From: Ascidiella aspersa
Taxonomy: Eukaryota
Assembly: GCA_963924565.1 (NCBI GenBank)
Contig: OZ004611.1
Location: forward strand, 22,568,001-22,632,000
DNA: 64,000 nucleotides
Direction: 5' to 3'
Positions within the stretch are counted from its first letter, which is position 1. Every line of letters begins with the position of its first letter. Position numbers and translations under genes: made by a program. Below are positions 52,701-64,000 of the stretch, piece after piece. The notes under the pieces were generated by a model that worked only from the letters and a program-made list of their open reading frames with translations, ran no database searches and was not told where the DNA came from.

Positions 52701-55700
52701 TAAACGCAACTAATGTCGGACGCAAAGTTATTATGACGACAAAAGGCTCATTCGAATTGAAATATACTGACGACGTCTTTGCTGGCGCAATATGTATATA
52801 TATATATATTTTAACAAACCTAAATTACTAGCTTTACTAGAGTATTCTGCTATTACTGATGATGAATTAAGGTGGACATTTATTTTGCAAGGCTCAATTT
52901 GATTTCCACTATCACATATTCAGCGCTACTTACCGACACATGTGTCGAGATCCTCGGGTTCGCCGTCCCATGCAGCTGTGTTGTTCTGGAAGTTGTAGTT
53001 GCAGTTCAGCTGGGTGGGTGCGGCACCGTTTTGCGAGTAGGTGAATCCTGAAAAGGAAGGAACGACAGCCGTTGAGTAAGAGTCGCCGCGAGACTAGTTT
53101 TACATTAAACACAAAATATATAACTGCTACAGGTTCAAATGAATCTAAGAAGATCTCTTAAAGAGTGTTTTTAACTTTTAAGCCAAAGCCGATTGGCAGA
53201 AGGTAACATTGCGCTTTGTAAACTCAAAAAAAGGTTAATACAAAACGGCGTTACAGCGTTAGAGCCTTCGGGAGTCTAATTTAAATAACAAAATACAGGC
53301 TTTGAAGCATAATGGTTGGAGGTTGAAGTAAGACGTAATAAGAATACCAAAGCCCATACAGAAGTAGGTATCATTTTGAACGTTTCGAATAACCCTTTAT
53401 GCATTTTCAACATCAGATGTTAAACAAGGCAGAGTATGACATTACCTGTTGGGCAGGTTACGACAGCAACACCACCGGGGAAGACCTCTCCGTTGTCTTG
53501 GAGTCCACGGAATGAGACGTATTCCCTGGTGAAAGATTCGCAGCCTGGCACTGTTGTAAAAAAACATGAGTTTATTTTTTGGTATTGTGGGTTGATTTAT
53601 CAATGGAGCAAGTTACCAACAAACTTCTGCAGGGTTGTGTGATATGAGTAGCAGAAAATAAACAAGCCAGTTGTTTTTGTATATAATCTTAAGAGTAACT
53701 TCTTTTGTTTGGAGTAAATTTCAGCAATTTCCTGCCAGCGGCGAGGTGATGTATCTCGATATAGAAACTCGTTTCGCTCAAATACAAGTATTGTTTTACT
53801 TATCACTTCCTCCCTGTTGGAGGTAATAAGAAAATAGACTCACGAGTGAAGTTGTATGGGCAGAGCGCGGCATTGCAGAGCGACTCGAGGCAGCAGCATT
53901 CGCACTTGGAGTTCTCGAGGTTGGGGTTGCACTGGGACGGTCCCTCACCGGCGTCACGCGGGTTCTGAACAAAGTAAATAGGGCTATAGTTAGACGAATA
54001 GGTGGTTAGGTGGATTACATTGGTCAGTAATTATTGCCGAACGTTACAAGATAGACGGAGTAATGCCGGGAAGTAAGTTACTTGGAGGTATAGGATGCTT
54101 TCTTGTGCGTTACTGTACTGGTGATTTTATAGGTTAAACCGGGTATTGTCAATTTCTAAACAGTTATGCATGTTAAATAACGATCATTTATAGCCGTGGT
54201 TAGCAGAGAGCGTGATGTTTACCTGGATCATGTTGTTGATGCAAGCCTCGACCTGCTGGCAGCCCTTGGTGATCATGGTGATGTTGTTGCGGGTTCGCAT
54301 CGTGGTGAAACAAGCATCCTGGGACGGGGCACAGGCCTGAAAGGAGAAACCAATATAAGGATGTCGTGCAATTGAAAAAGGCTTGGTTCATTATACTTTG
54401 GCGAAATTAATTGATTGTTGATCCGTGTTACTAGTTTATATTGTGTGTTGTACTAAACTCACAACGCAATCCTGGCCTCTCCGAAGCCATCTTGTACCAT
54501 ATATAGGTGCCGTTACCGTTGACCAGGACGACTACAGAGGGGCTTGATCACAGATTACACATTGTGTATACGTACGATTCAGCTGTGCTAAGCTTTATAG
54601 CCTCATTTAGGATTTTCACAGTAATTGTGGATAACAGCTTTTTTGTCCGATTTAACTTACAACTGCCTCGTTGCACTCTTCGTTGGAAGGCAAGTTCTGG
54701 CAAGTGTAGCAGAGGATTCCGCAGGTGCGGCCGTCGGCGCGGAGCATCATACCGGCTGGGCACTCGCAAATGAAAGATCCTGGGGTGTTGGTGCAGGTGT
54801 GCTCGCAGCCGCCGTTGGAGAATTCGCACTCGTCGATTTCTGCGCGCCAAAACGAAATTTGAATGTCAACAACGATTCGGAGGCAACAGTGAAACTGTAA
54901 CGTTCGTTTCCGGTGTAAAGCGTTAAACTGGCGTGTTTAGGTATAAGACAACATCTCGTGTGAGAATAATGTCGATGATATTTTCTTTGCATAGTATAAA
55001 AAACACATATAAGTTTTCTACCATTGATGGAATACTACGTCCATGAAATTGTTAACTGTATAACGCCGTTAGAGATTGTTCGATCGTATAACATTGATAA
55101 CGTGTGACGAACAGTTTGCAATTTACATCCACGGAAAATAACCTTCTGGTAAAACAGCCTAGGCTAGCAGTCACTTACCGGTACAGTTGTGGGCATCTTC
55201 GTTAAGGGTGTATCCAGGCTCGCACGAGCATCGGTATGAACCGCCGGCCTCGTTGGTGCAGATCTGGGCGCATTGCATGGGGAACACTTGGTTGTAGCAG
55301 CTGTCGATCTCTGCACGAAAAAACAAGCACGTTTCAAAATCAGGTTTCATTTTTAGCAGTGTTAGACAAGTAGCAAGGTGTGGCTATTGGTAGTCAAAAA
55401 ACAGACTTTATATTTGTACTCTGTATCGCTTTTCATTCAGAGTTGATTTTGCGTCGATAAACAAAGTTATCACACGTTTTTTAAGGGTAGTTAAACACCT
55501 ATAACATAGGTGATACGCATGGAGGGGTGCACTGTTAAATCTGCTCAGTGAACTCACCGCATGTTTGCTTGTCGGCTCCGATGATCATACCCTCTGGGCA
55601 AGTGCACTCGTATCCTGGCTCGAGATTGACGCACGTGTGAGAGCAGCCGCCGTTCTCGTCAAGGCACTCGTCGTGGTCGAGGCACTCGTTTCCAGAGACC

Positions 55701-58700
55701 TGAGAAAGGCGTGGGTATGGGATTAGTCTTGGTAAAGGATGAGCCTATATTCGTGGTCATGTTCCGGTTGAAAAAATGTTACACGGGAAGATGGTGTTAC
55801 ACTATACAGGTGCCGTTATTTCAATGGTGGCTTTACGTTTTATTGCAATCGTCAGATGCCAGCACTTACAACTTGGTGGGATGGGCAGATGCAGCTGTAT
55901 CCTCCGAGCTTGTTAACGCATTTGAAAGCACAGCCTCCGTTGTCGACAGCGCACTCGTTCAAATCTGAAAGGTGGAACGGAATTGCTTTAGCATCCGGTA
56001 TGCGCAATGAAAGTCATCAAAGGTTATAACAAGGGTTCTTAAACTGGGGTCCATGGACCCCTTGGTGGATCCTTAAAATAGTTCAGACTTCATTTATATT
56101 TCACATTTTTCGGCCTGATATCAGCAGATTTACGAAGTCTGTGTACAATGTTACGACTATTTTTTACGTCATCTCTAAAGGTTTCTTGTCTGCTGTGGTT
56201 CATGCGAAGCAAAAAAAAACATTAAAGAATCCGCGGTAAAAAAAGTTTAAGAACTATAGTGGTTTCTTTTTGCAGGGGCCAGGAAAGTTCAACTGTGTCT
56301 TATTGCAGGGACCCGTTAAGTTTACTCACCGCAAGTGACACCATCCTCAACGATTGACATGTCTGGTGGGCAGGTGCAGTAGTAGGAGCCGACGGTGTTG
56401 GTGCAGTTGTGTGAGCAGCCTCCGTTGGCAACCGAGCATTCGTCGAAGTCGCAAGTGTGCTGGTCGGACTGCACAACAAAAAGACTTGGTTAGTTTTTTT
56501 ACTAGTTTGTGTTTGGCTGGTGTGCGGAGAAATCGTTTGACTTGTCCTATAGGCGGTACAAACCAGTCCAATTGTTTTCAAAGGTAAAGACGCAAATAAA
56601 AGTAGGAAGGAAAGCTTTTGTTCATTTTTTAGAAGCGTCCAACCCTGGTGAACATTAGAGCGAAAAATTTGGGGTAATTTTGCGACATGAAAAATAAACT
56701 CACGGTAAGGAACTGGGGCGGCTCTGGGTTGACGCAGAGCTTGTCGTTAAGCAAGGAGATGAGGCCGGCGTCGAGGTCGGAGAAGTTGTCGACCATGATG
56801 TAGTTGGCGGTCGATCCGGCAATCTGAAGAAGCTCGTGCTCATTGACACGCTTGGCTGTGGAGGAAAAAGTGTTTGTGAGATAATGCTTAGTCGGGGTCG
56901 GCTGCATTGTGTCTAACCGCTTTTAATTTGCCTGCAACTTTCTGTATAGTTTCTTAAAATGACGATTAGCTTTCCGCGGTGGGTTCATGTTGATTATTTC
57001 TAACCTGTTAAACGGTTACATCTGTAATCGCCAACAGTTGTTGAGCGAGCTATATCAAGTTATCGGTGATACATTTCTTCTAGGACAAGATGGTTCTTGG
57101 GTCAGTTTACAAATTCATAAATGTTTAGTTGGTTTTAAAACGTACCAGGATTTTTTTCCATAAGGCTTATTTAATATCGTGAAATATTATGACAAACGAT
57201 ATCAGTTTAAAAGACTTTTACCAAAAAGTATTATATTAAAAAGTGTTAGTACATTCCTGCATTGTGTCTAACCGATTTGAAATCAACCTGCATCTTTCTG
57301 TATAGTTTCTTAACACGACAATAAACTTTCCGTGGTTGGTTCAGTGCCCCCTGTTGATCAATTCTAACTTGCTAAATGGTTACCTCTGCGCGTTTAACCA
57401 CAACCTCCTTCAAGAGTCTTTACCCAAGCTTCCTACAGCGGTGTCAAACAGCAGTCTCAGCATCAACATTCTACTTACAGACACCAATGGCGTAGACAAT
57501 GTCGGCGGCCTCGTGAAGGCGCTTGGCAGCAGCGGGAAGATCACGCCAGTCGTACGAGCGTCCGTCAGTGATAACTACAACGGCCAGAGGCACTCCGGGA
57601 CGGCGACCGCGAGCTACGGTGAAGTCCTCGCTGACAGCGTTGTTGATGGCCAGGGCGGTCTTGGTACCCCTTCCCTTGTACACGATTGCCTGCGCAAGAA
57701 GGTGGTGGTTGGAGATTTTCAAACTCTGTTCATCGGTCGTGTTGAAGTGTGTTTTTTTACTGGCAGGCTTCGGCATTAAATCACTTAGTTTTGACTTAGC
57801 AAATTTTGGATATTTTTAGTTTCAAATTAGTTTGGAATCTTTATGAAAACAGCTGTAGTTATGGTTTTCTTAAAATGGTTCATTATTGGGTTCAGGTACC
57901 GGAGGGATTTTTTTATTTTAGCCACTTATTACTTACGTCCAAAAATTCATTGAACTGGGTCTGGTTGTGGACCTGGTTAAGGTTGAAACGCCTGTATGGG
58001 GCCTTGTTGTAGGTGATCAAACCGACCTGAAAACAGAATCAACCATAAGTAAAGTCAAATAAACAGAACTAGAAACGTGAAGGAAATGTCTTTCGAAAGA
58101 AGTTGTAAAGCAACTCGCGAGGAATTATCTCAACGAGAATTGAACAAAAACGTTAATATTTCAGGACAATATGTTCGGCCTTGTACTTTGTTCTATAACT
58201 AATGGCGGAAACAGAGTGCAGTAGCGTCTAAATGGGGTTACGGGGAAAATAAACAACTCAAAGAGCTAAACAATCTTTTTGTCAGTATACACTTATAATA
58301 ATCAGTGCCTTTTACTATTTTGAAAATGACTAAAAAGTTATGTGAAACGTTTAAAGTGATAGCTACTTCTCTATAGGCTTTCATATTCTTATTACGTCAA
58401 TTTTCGTTTTCACTTACGCGAACGGCGTCCTGTCCGACGTTAAGCTCGGCAACAGTGTTGGAGACGAAGTTGAGCATAAGGTCGAAGTTGTCCTGCTTGA
58501 TGGAGCTCGACTGGTCGAGGATAAAAAAGAGGTCTAGCTTCTGGTTGCCGCATGGGTTGTTGCCGGGGCAGGAGCAGAAGTAGGAGCCGTTGGTGTTGGT
58601 GCAGGTGTGCGAGCAGCCTCCGTTGTTGACAGCGCACTCATTGATGTCTAGAATAGAGGAAGAGAGGACGTTAACAAAGGGGTTAAGCGAAAGAGGGAGT

Positions 58701-61700
58701 TAAAGCGAATAAGCGTTAGGCGAAGAGGTGGCTGATGTACCAAGTTTTTATAATTTATTACTATAACTAACCGCTTAGTTGGAATGGCGTATTTAAAAAA
58801 AGTGTTTGTTTTTTTCTTACATTATCTAAAATAACAAAGTCTCTATTGTTTTGTTAAGAAGTTTGTTTTCATTGACTATTGGCGCTTTAGGCCATTTTAA
58901 CGCTTACTGCGCCAGTGGGGGCCTTGTTCGAAAAGCAAAAACCTGTAGGTTCTATTAATTAATAATAATAGCGTTGTCAATTACAAAGAATCCAAATTTT
59001 GTTTATCAGTTTGTTTTCATGGACTATTGGCGCTTTAGGCCATTTTAACGCTTACTAAGACAGTGGGGCGCCCCTTCTCGAAAAGCAAAAACCGGTAGGT
59101 ACTACTGAATAAAAATAATATATAGTGTTGTCAAGTCGGTGATTTATACCTCCGCATGTTCCGATATCTCCGAGCCAGTATCCATCAAAGGTTCGTGCGA
59201 CCTGGGAGCAGACGATCTGGTGGGAACCTCCGACTGGGCCGTAGCCAACTGGGCAGGTGAGGGTGCAGGTGTCTCCAAGCTGATGGACAAAAAACGATTA
59301 TTAGACTGGGTCAGAAAGAAAAGATGGGGCTTCTAGCAAATGCGACCGTTTTTGTGATGAACTCGATGTAATGTTGTAGAGTAAATTTGTAAACAGCAAA
59401 ACGGAATGTTTTTAAGGGTGTAGTAATTGGACGTGGAAGGAGTGTCAGACAAACAGAAAATTTTAAAGAATTGTTTTATAGGACAAACTCAAATATAAAG
59501 TCGACTGGCATTTTCTGCTCACCTCGTTGCCGTTGCAGGTCATGTTCATGCCGGCGGGAAGGTCGAGCAGAGACGGGTCTGGGCACTTGATGTTGATATC
59601 GTCGGCGATTGTGCAGTCTCCTGGCACGTTGCAGAGAGAGTCGTGGCAGCAGCAGCGGCACACGGAGCTTCCGTCAGGCTGAACGTTGCACTGAAAAGCA
59701 AATGTGGGGATGGTTAGACGTTGGTAGATTTGTTTGAGGTTTCGCACTTTGAGGTACAAAAGGCCTTGGGTGTTGCTAGATTCATTTGAGTGAGTTGCAA
59801 ACGGAATTTGCGCTCGCTTTGCAGCAGCATATTTGGAATCTACACGGTTTACACCCGATCGCTTAGTGTGGTATACCTGTTTATACTTAACTGATCAGTC
59901 TCAAAGTGGATTGAAGACTGAAATGACGGCTTTGCGGTCGAACGGCCAGTTGACTATAGAATCTATGCTATAGTCATTCACATGTGGCCCGGCAAGGCAG
60001 AGCTTTGTTAAAAAAAACGCTAAGCCGCTTAACGCGACCATGCGGCACTCGCCGCGAAATTACGTCACGGTGTGTCTGGCGCAAGCAAAAATCCAGGAGC
60101 GACGGGCGTTCCCGAATAATCCGGACGCGAATCGGACAATTATGCACTTGGATCGAGATCACAGCAACGCCTGACGCCGTCTTCTATATGCGTGGGCGTC
60201 GATGCCAGGTGAAATTTAATTGTTCCCGGCGCAGGTGCTACATTTCGAGTTTAAACAACAAGTTGTGAAAATTACCGCCGATCAGTGATAACAGTTCAAT
60301 TTTAGGGTTTTCCCTAGGCCTTGACTGTTAACCAAAATTGTGTGAGCTTTTTAGAAATTTTTTCTTGGAGATACTTTCTGGCTAACAAGCAATCGAAATC
60401 ACCAAAGTTAATGTTCAATGTGATGCTTAGAGAATTGTGCTGGGCCCATGATAACAACATTTCCTCTTAGACAATGTACACTGCCAACGTGCCAGGTATA
60501 GCTTGCGATATTTTGGGAAACCATTTAAAAATAGGTCGAAATAAAGCAAATCGCAAACAGCAGTGCGTCGAATAGGCACCGATCCTTGAGCAGACAAACT
60601 GAAATGCTCACCTGGGATGGAGACCAGGCGGTTCTCGGGTTCTGGATGAAGTTGTTGCCGCAGGCCTCGGTCTGCTTGCACATCTTAGAGATGTAGAGGA
60701 CTCCGTTTTCGCGACGGGTGGTGGTCTGGCAGGATTTCTGCGACGGGAAAGCAATCAGAGAGCGTTAAAAGCACGTCTATTTTTTTCGGTTTAGCGTGTT
60801 CTAACACGTCTATGATTAAAAATGTGAGTTATTTTGTGGACTAAAACAAGTTAAAATCCCAAACAACCAACATAAAAAAGAACTTGCCAATGTTTTCATT
60901 TCGGTCGAAAGATCATTAAAAAAATGCGTACCTGGTTGGGCGCGCATACGACGGCGTCCAGGCAGTCCTCGTTGCTGAGAGCGTTCGAGCAGGTGTAGCA
61001 CATCACGCCGCAGGTGTGTCCGTCGGCGCGGAGTCCGTAGCCTTCTGGGCACACGCACACGTAGCTTCCCATGGTGTTGTTGCAAGTCGACTCGCAGCCG
61101 CCGTTGTTCACCAGGCACTCGTTGATGTCTAAAAGAGCAAAAAAAAATAGTTTATATTGTTTTAGACGCGCCGCGAGTAGTTGTTGAGACCGCGCTATGG
61201 GAACCCACTTGTTTTCGATAAAGGGCGTTTTTTGGCGGTTAAACGGTTTCAGGTCTGATTTTAGTCATTTTATAGTGCCTTACTTTCAATATTGCCAGTA
61301 AACTTATTTATTTTTGATAGGCAGCTCGACTCGATGAGTGAACGGTCCTTTCGCTGTCATTGTGTTATTCTTTATGTGATTTTGCTTTTCAATGTTTGCA
61401 AAGTTGCACAAAAAATAAATTGCGTCTGAATCTTTGTCTGGCATTGAACTACATTTTTTACCAAGTTTTGTGCTGTTTTGGCCAAGTTTGTTAGATTGAT
61501 CGCATATTAGTTATTATACGTGTATCTTTGTTCGAGGTTTGCAATCATCGATGTTAAGGCCGCTACCTTATGTAATATCAGAAAAAGCTATAAAGCTTAC
61601 CAGCGCATGAAACGCCATCCTCCATGAGTTGGTAGCCGCTGTTGCATCGGCAGAAGAATTCGCCGTCGACAACGTTGATGCACTGCTGTTGGCAAGCGGT

Positions 61701-63638
61701 GTTTCCGTAGCAGCTGTCGTCGACTGAAGAGAAAAGAAAAAAAACGAATGGTGAATGTTGATCGGGCTTTAATTCTGTTCAAAATGCTGCTGCGAAGTTC
61801 GGATTTGAGTGGAATTTCGTCCAACAGTAAAAACTCACGGTGCTATGATAAGTTGAAAGCATACTACGAAAATAGTGGGAATTGTGTATGGTTTATTTAA
61901 AGCCCGTTATTTTTTATTCAGATACTTTTTAAAAGTTTTAGTCCCCACAAAACACATAATCTTATCCCTTTATACGCAAGCATGAAAGGGGACTTTGGCG
62001 ATTTAACACAGAGGACAATAACCTGGGGTTATGACTTATTCGTTCTGTGTTCCGTTTTCAGTAAAAAAAATGGTTTTAAGTAAATCTTTTGTTTTATACT
62101 ACAAAACTATGGATGTTATCACAACAATAAAGTTGACTTTTAGCGACCGGCATGATAACGTTTCCGATCCTGAAAATCGGACGTTAAATACCGTATGTCG
62201 AGAAATGTTTCAAAGAGGTCGAGAAACTTACTGCAGGTCTTGCCGTCTCCGGCGGTGATGCGGCCAGCTGGGCAGCTGCACTTGTAACTTCCGTCTGTGT
62301 TTTCGCAAAGGTCCGAGCAGCCGCCGTTGTTGTCCAAACACTCGTTGATGTCTGCGCGCAAAGAATTGTCAGGTCAGATTGGCGATTTTTTTTCATGTGT
62401 AATGGTTGCTTTGAAAACGCTGCCAAAGTCGGGGGTCGATAAGCAACTTACCGTTACAAGAAACGGTGTCGACAGCCAGGGTGTAGCCACGTCGGCATCC
62501 GCAGTGGTTGGATCCGACCAGGTTGAAGCAGTACTGGGCGCAGCCTCCGTTGTTTTCCAAGCACTCGTTAACGTCGCCAGAGGCTTCGCAGGTCTGCGAA
62601 CAGTTAAAGAAGCATTAACTATAGGGCGTTTGGCGTCGGAAATGTAGCTTTGCGCCCCTTAGACTACTAGTTTAGAAAAAATCGTGGTGAAACAAGTGAA
62701 AATTAACAGTGAGCTTGTTTAAAGATAATTTTTAACCTGGTGATAGTTTTGACTCCTTTTCAGGTGGTCTAACCACTCTCCAGCCCTTGAACAAGTAAAA
62801 ATATATCGATTTGTTGGGGGTGATTAAAATAAAATAACAAGCTTTTTTTCTAATTTAATATTTTTTAATAGACTAAAATTATTCCGTGCACGTTCCAGAT
62901 TAAAGGCTACTTCAAGTATAAGCTGTGCCCTTAGAGTAGCAAGCATTCAAGTCTATAAATCTTCAGAGTCAGAGCGAATTAAACGATTTACGAAACTATA
63001 CTATACGAAGTTAACACTGCGAAGGTAACACCGCTTTAGAATGCGCGTGCTTCTCGAAAGTTCGAAGGGGCTCACCTTGGAGACAATGGAGTCAACTTCA
63101 GCACGGAGTTCGGTGAAGTCGCTCACAACCACGACGTTGTCGGTAGTCGGCAGGGAAGCGATCTGGGCAAGTTCGCTCTCGTTGACTTTGGAACCGATGC
63201 CGATGGCGACGACGCGGGTTGCCTTGGCTGCCGACGGAAATGAGAAAAGTTAGAGTGGCACGTAAAAGCAGCATTACAACTAGATATAGATTCGGGAAAC
63301 CCCACTAATTTTTTTAGTGGGGCATCCGAAGTTTCTGGGTCGGGTACTGATTATTTTAGGGCAGATAAAAATTAACCTTCCGTGTGTTTGGGTAACAGTA
63401 GCAATTGAAGTTGCAAAGTGGCCACTTCTATTACAAGCCAAGAAATGGGAGGGAGCCTTTTACGTTGAGAAATCGTTCGTGAAAGCAAAAAATTGCTTCA
63501 AATCCTTTCATTTGCTTTTTTTCACTTACCCTTGACCAAGTTGGCGAACTTGGGCAGGTTTTCGATGTCTTGCGACCTTCCGTCGGTGAGCACGATCACA
63601 ACGGTAGGCACCTGTCCCTCCCTCCAGCCGTTGTATTT
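43753..63638 (-). CDS. Gene D (5' end beyond window): giant matrix protein, VWA-EGF4-LU-CCP-EGF[VWA]-EGF5-LU-CCP-EGF6-LU-VWA-EGF3-CTL-CBM2-like, >=1913 aa, 38 exons visible (matrilin/fibrillin-like modules)
   Basis: Exons high to low: 63638-63530, 63227-63076, 62593-62452, 62351-62232, 61723-61601, 61128-60932, 60737-60612, 59690-59523, 59279-59150, 58647-58418, 58026-57937, 57689-57479, 56855-56704, 56468-56330, 55964-55870, 55699-55558, 55310-55179, 54839-54661, 54336-54223, 53964-53844, 53550-53446, 53047-52934, 52593-52458, 52372-52254, 52046-51921, 51412-51050, 50573-50395, 50020-49883, 49271-49138, 48588-48375, 47703-47511, 47040-46915, 46568-46425, 46037-45909, 45467-45285, 44911-44741, 44287-44163, 43923-43753 (TAA). 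Total 5742 nt in one frame. Motifs: MIDAS DQSSS/DSSSS and TDG; cbEGF DINEC..NGGC; LU CYTC...CCC...CN. No TM at the C-terminus. Confidence 0.9.
44741..45467 (-). CDS. Gene D C-type lectin-fold domain (two exons)
   Basis: [63 protein letters not shown]; WIGL motif and Cys spacing of a CTL domain. Confidence 0.85.
47511..49271 (-). CDS. Gene D VWA domain 3 (three exons)
   Basis: [18 protein letters not shown] / [24 protein letters not shown] / DDV...FAVGIG..L..LAG..F..L; intact MIDAS. Confidence 0.9.
48871..49010. mobile_element. Palindromic (hairpin) MITE-like element; second copy ~47871-48000
   Basis: ~50-bp inverted arms AATGGAATTGCAAAGCCAAAAAGGTCGAGTAGATCGACATCAT / ATGATGTCGATCTACTCGACCTTTCTGGCTTTGCAACTCATT. 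Confidence 0.75.
51472..51816. mobile_element. Degenerate hAT-like MITE
   Basis: CAGGGCCGGAT ... AATCCAGCCGTG ends with GGGGCGCCC/GGTGCCCC subterminal motifs; TSD not clear. Confidence 0.5.
56031..56255. mobile_element. MITE copy of the 1078-1286 family
   Basis: Shares GGGTTCTTAAAC..GGGGTCCATGGACCCCTTGG..ATCCGCGGTAAAAAAAGTT with 1078-1286. Confidence 0.7.
56704..58647 (-). CDS. Gene D VWA domain 2, embedded in an EGF domain
   Basis: [70 protein letters not shown]. Confidence 0.88.
56905..57385. repeat. ~110-bp intronic direct repeat
   Basis: cattgtgtctaaccg..cctgca.ctttctgtatagtttcttaa at ~56905 and ~57260. Confidence 0.7.
58866..59135. repeat. ~143-bp intronic tandem duplication
   Basis: ttttcat.gactattggcgctttaggccattttaacgcttact.. 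at ~58866 and ~59013. Confidence 0.8.
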
Positions 63639-64000
63639 CTGCAGGCAAAGAAGCGAGCGGTAAGCTAAAGCAACGGCAAGGGCGCGTTAGGAAACGAGCT
63701 CAGGCTCGATCAGGTTAGGGAAAAACTGTTGGCGCGTTTCTGAACTGTTTTTTTCGAGTTGTTTAACCCCTTAGGCCTCTTTGTGCGTCTCAGAAATAAA
63801 GAGGAAAGGCTTATTTGTACGTTTTAAGGTGTCGGCGATTTGAAATATTTTTTCCCTCGTAAAAATGTCGTTTAAATACATTTGGAACAGAAACTTTAAC
63901 AGCTTTACGTATCCTTTGAAAAAAGCTCGGGTGCTTGTTCTTGAATGTAAACTATTCATCAAAAGCTAACTGGTGCAACAAAAATGTGTAAAAAAGTACG

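Noticed and set aside
59974-60290. GC-richer intronic stretch with 62-94 aa ORFs as an extra exon or ncRNA
   Set aside because: Flanking exons 60612 and 59690 already join in frame to complete the LU domain; no motif or RNA family is recognisable.
43753-63638. Assigning a vertebrate symbol (MATN, FBN, SCUBE, SVEP1) to gene D
   Set aside because: Module order and the LU, CTL and CBM-like domains match none of them, and the 5' end is outside the window.

Overview
Eukaryotic, intron-rich (GT-AG), AT-rich invertebrate DNA. The domain repertoire suggests an ascidian/tunicate, but that is inference. Most ORFs in the supplied track are exon fragments or noise, so genes were assembled by hand from splice sites and reading phase. 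(A) + strand 426-22575: 22-exon type-I membrane protein of ~945 aa (signal peptide, CUB, 16 EGF, sushi/CCP, TM, Lys-rich tail). (B) - strand 24823-23165: 165-aa secreted protein (signal peptide, EGF, ~95-aa orphan C-terminal domain). (D) - strand from beyond 64000 to 43753: 38 visible exons (>=1913 aa) of a giant matrix protein with 3 VWA, 19 EGF, 3 Ly6/uPAR three-finger, 2 CCP, a C-type lectin fold and the same orphan C-terminal domain. (C) - strand 34260-26917: a chimera made by a tandem duplication (about 24048-33471 / 33471-45742) that joined B's signal-peptide exon to D's last four exons. The B-derived middle exons have lost splice sites, leaving a potentially intact 236-aa signal peptide-CTL-orphan domain gene. 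The shared orphan domain resembles CBM2 cellulose-binding modules, suggesting a cluster of three secreted cellulose (tunic)-anchoring proteins. One VWA domain of D is inserted inside an EGF domain. Mobile and repeated DNA: a decayed Ty3/Gypsy element in an intron of C, many Buster-type hAT MITEs with 8-bp TSDs, a CR1/L2-like LINE 3' fragment and a recent ~2.6-kb tandem duplication.
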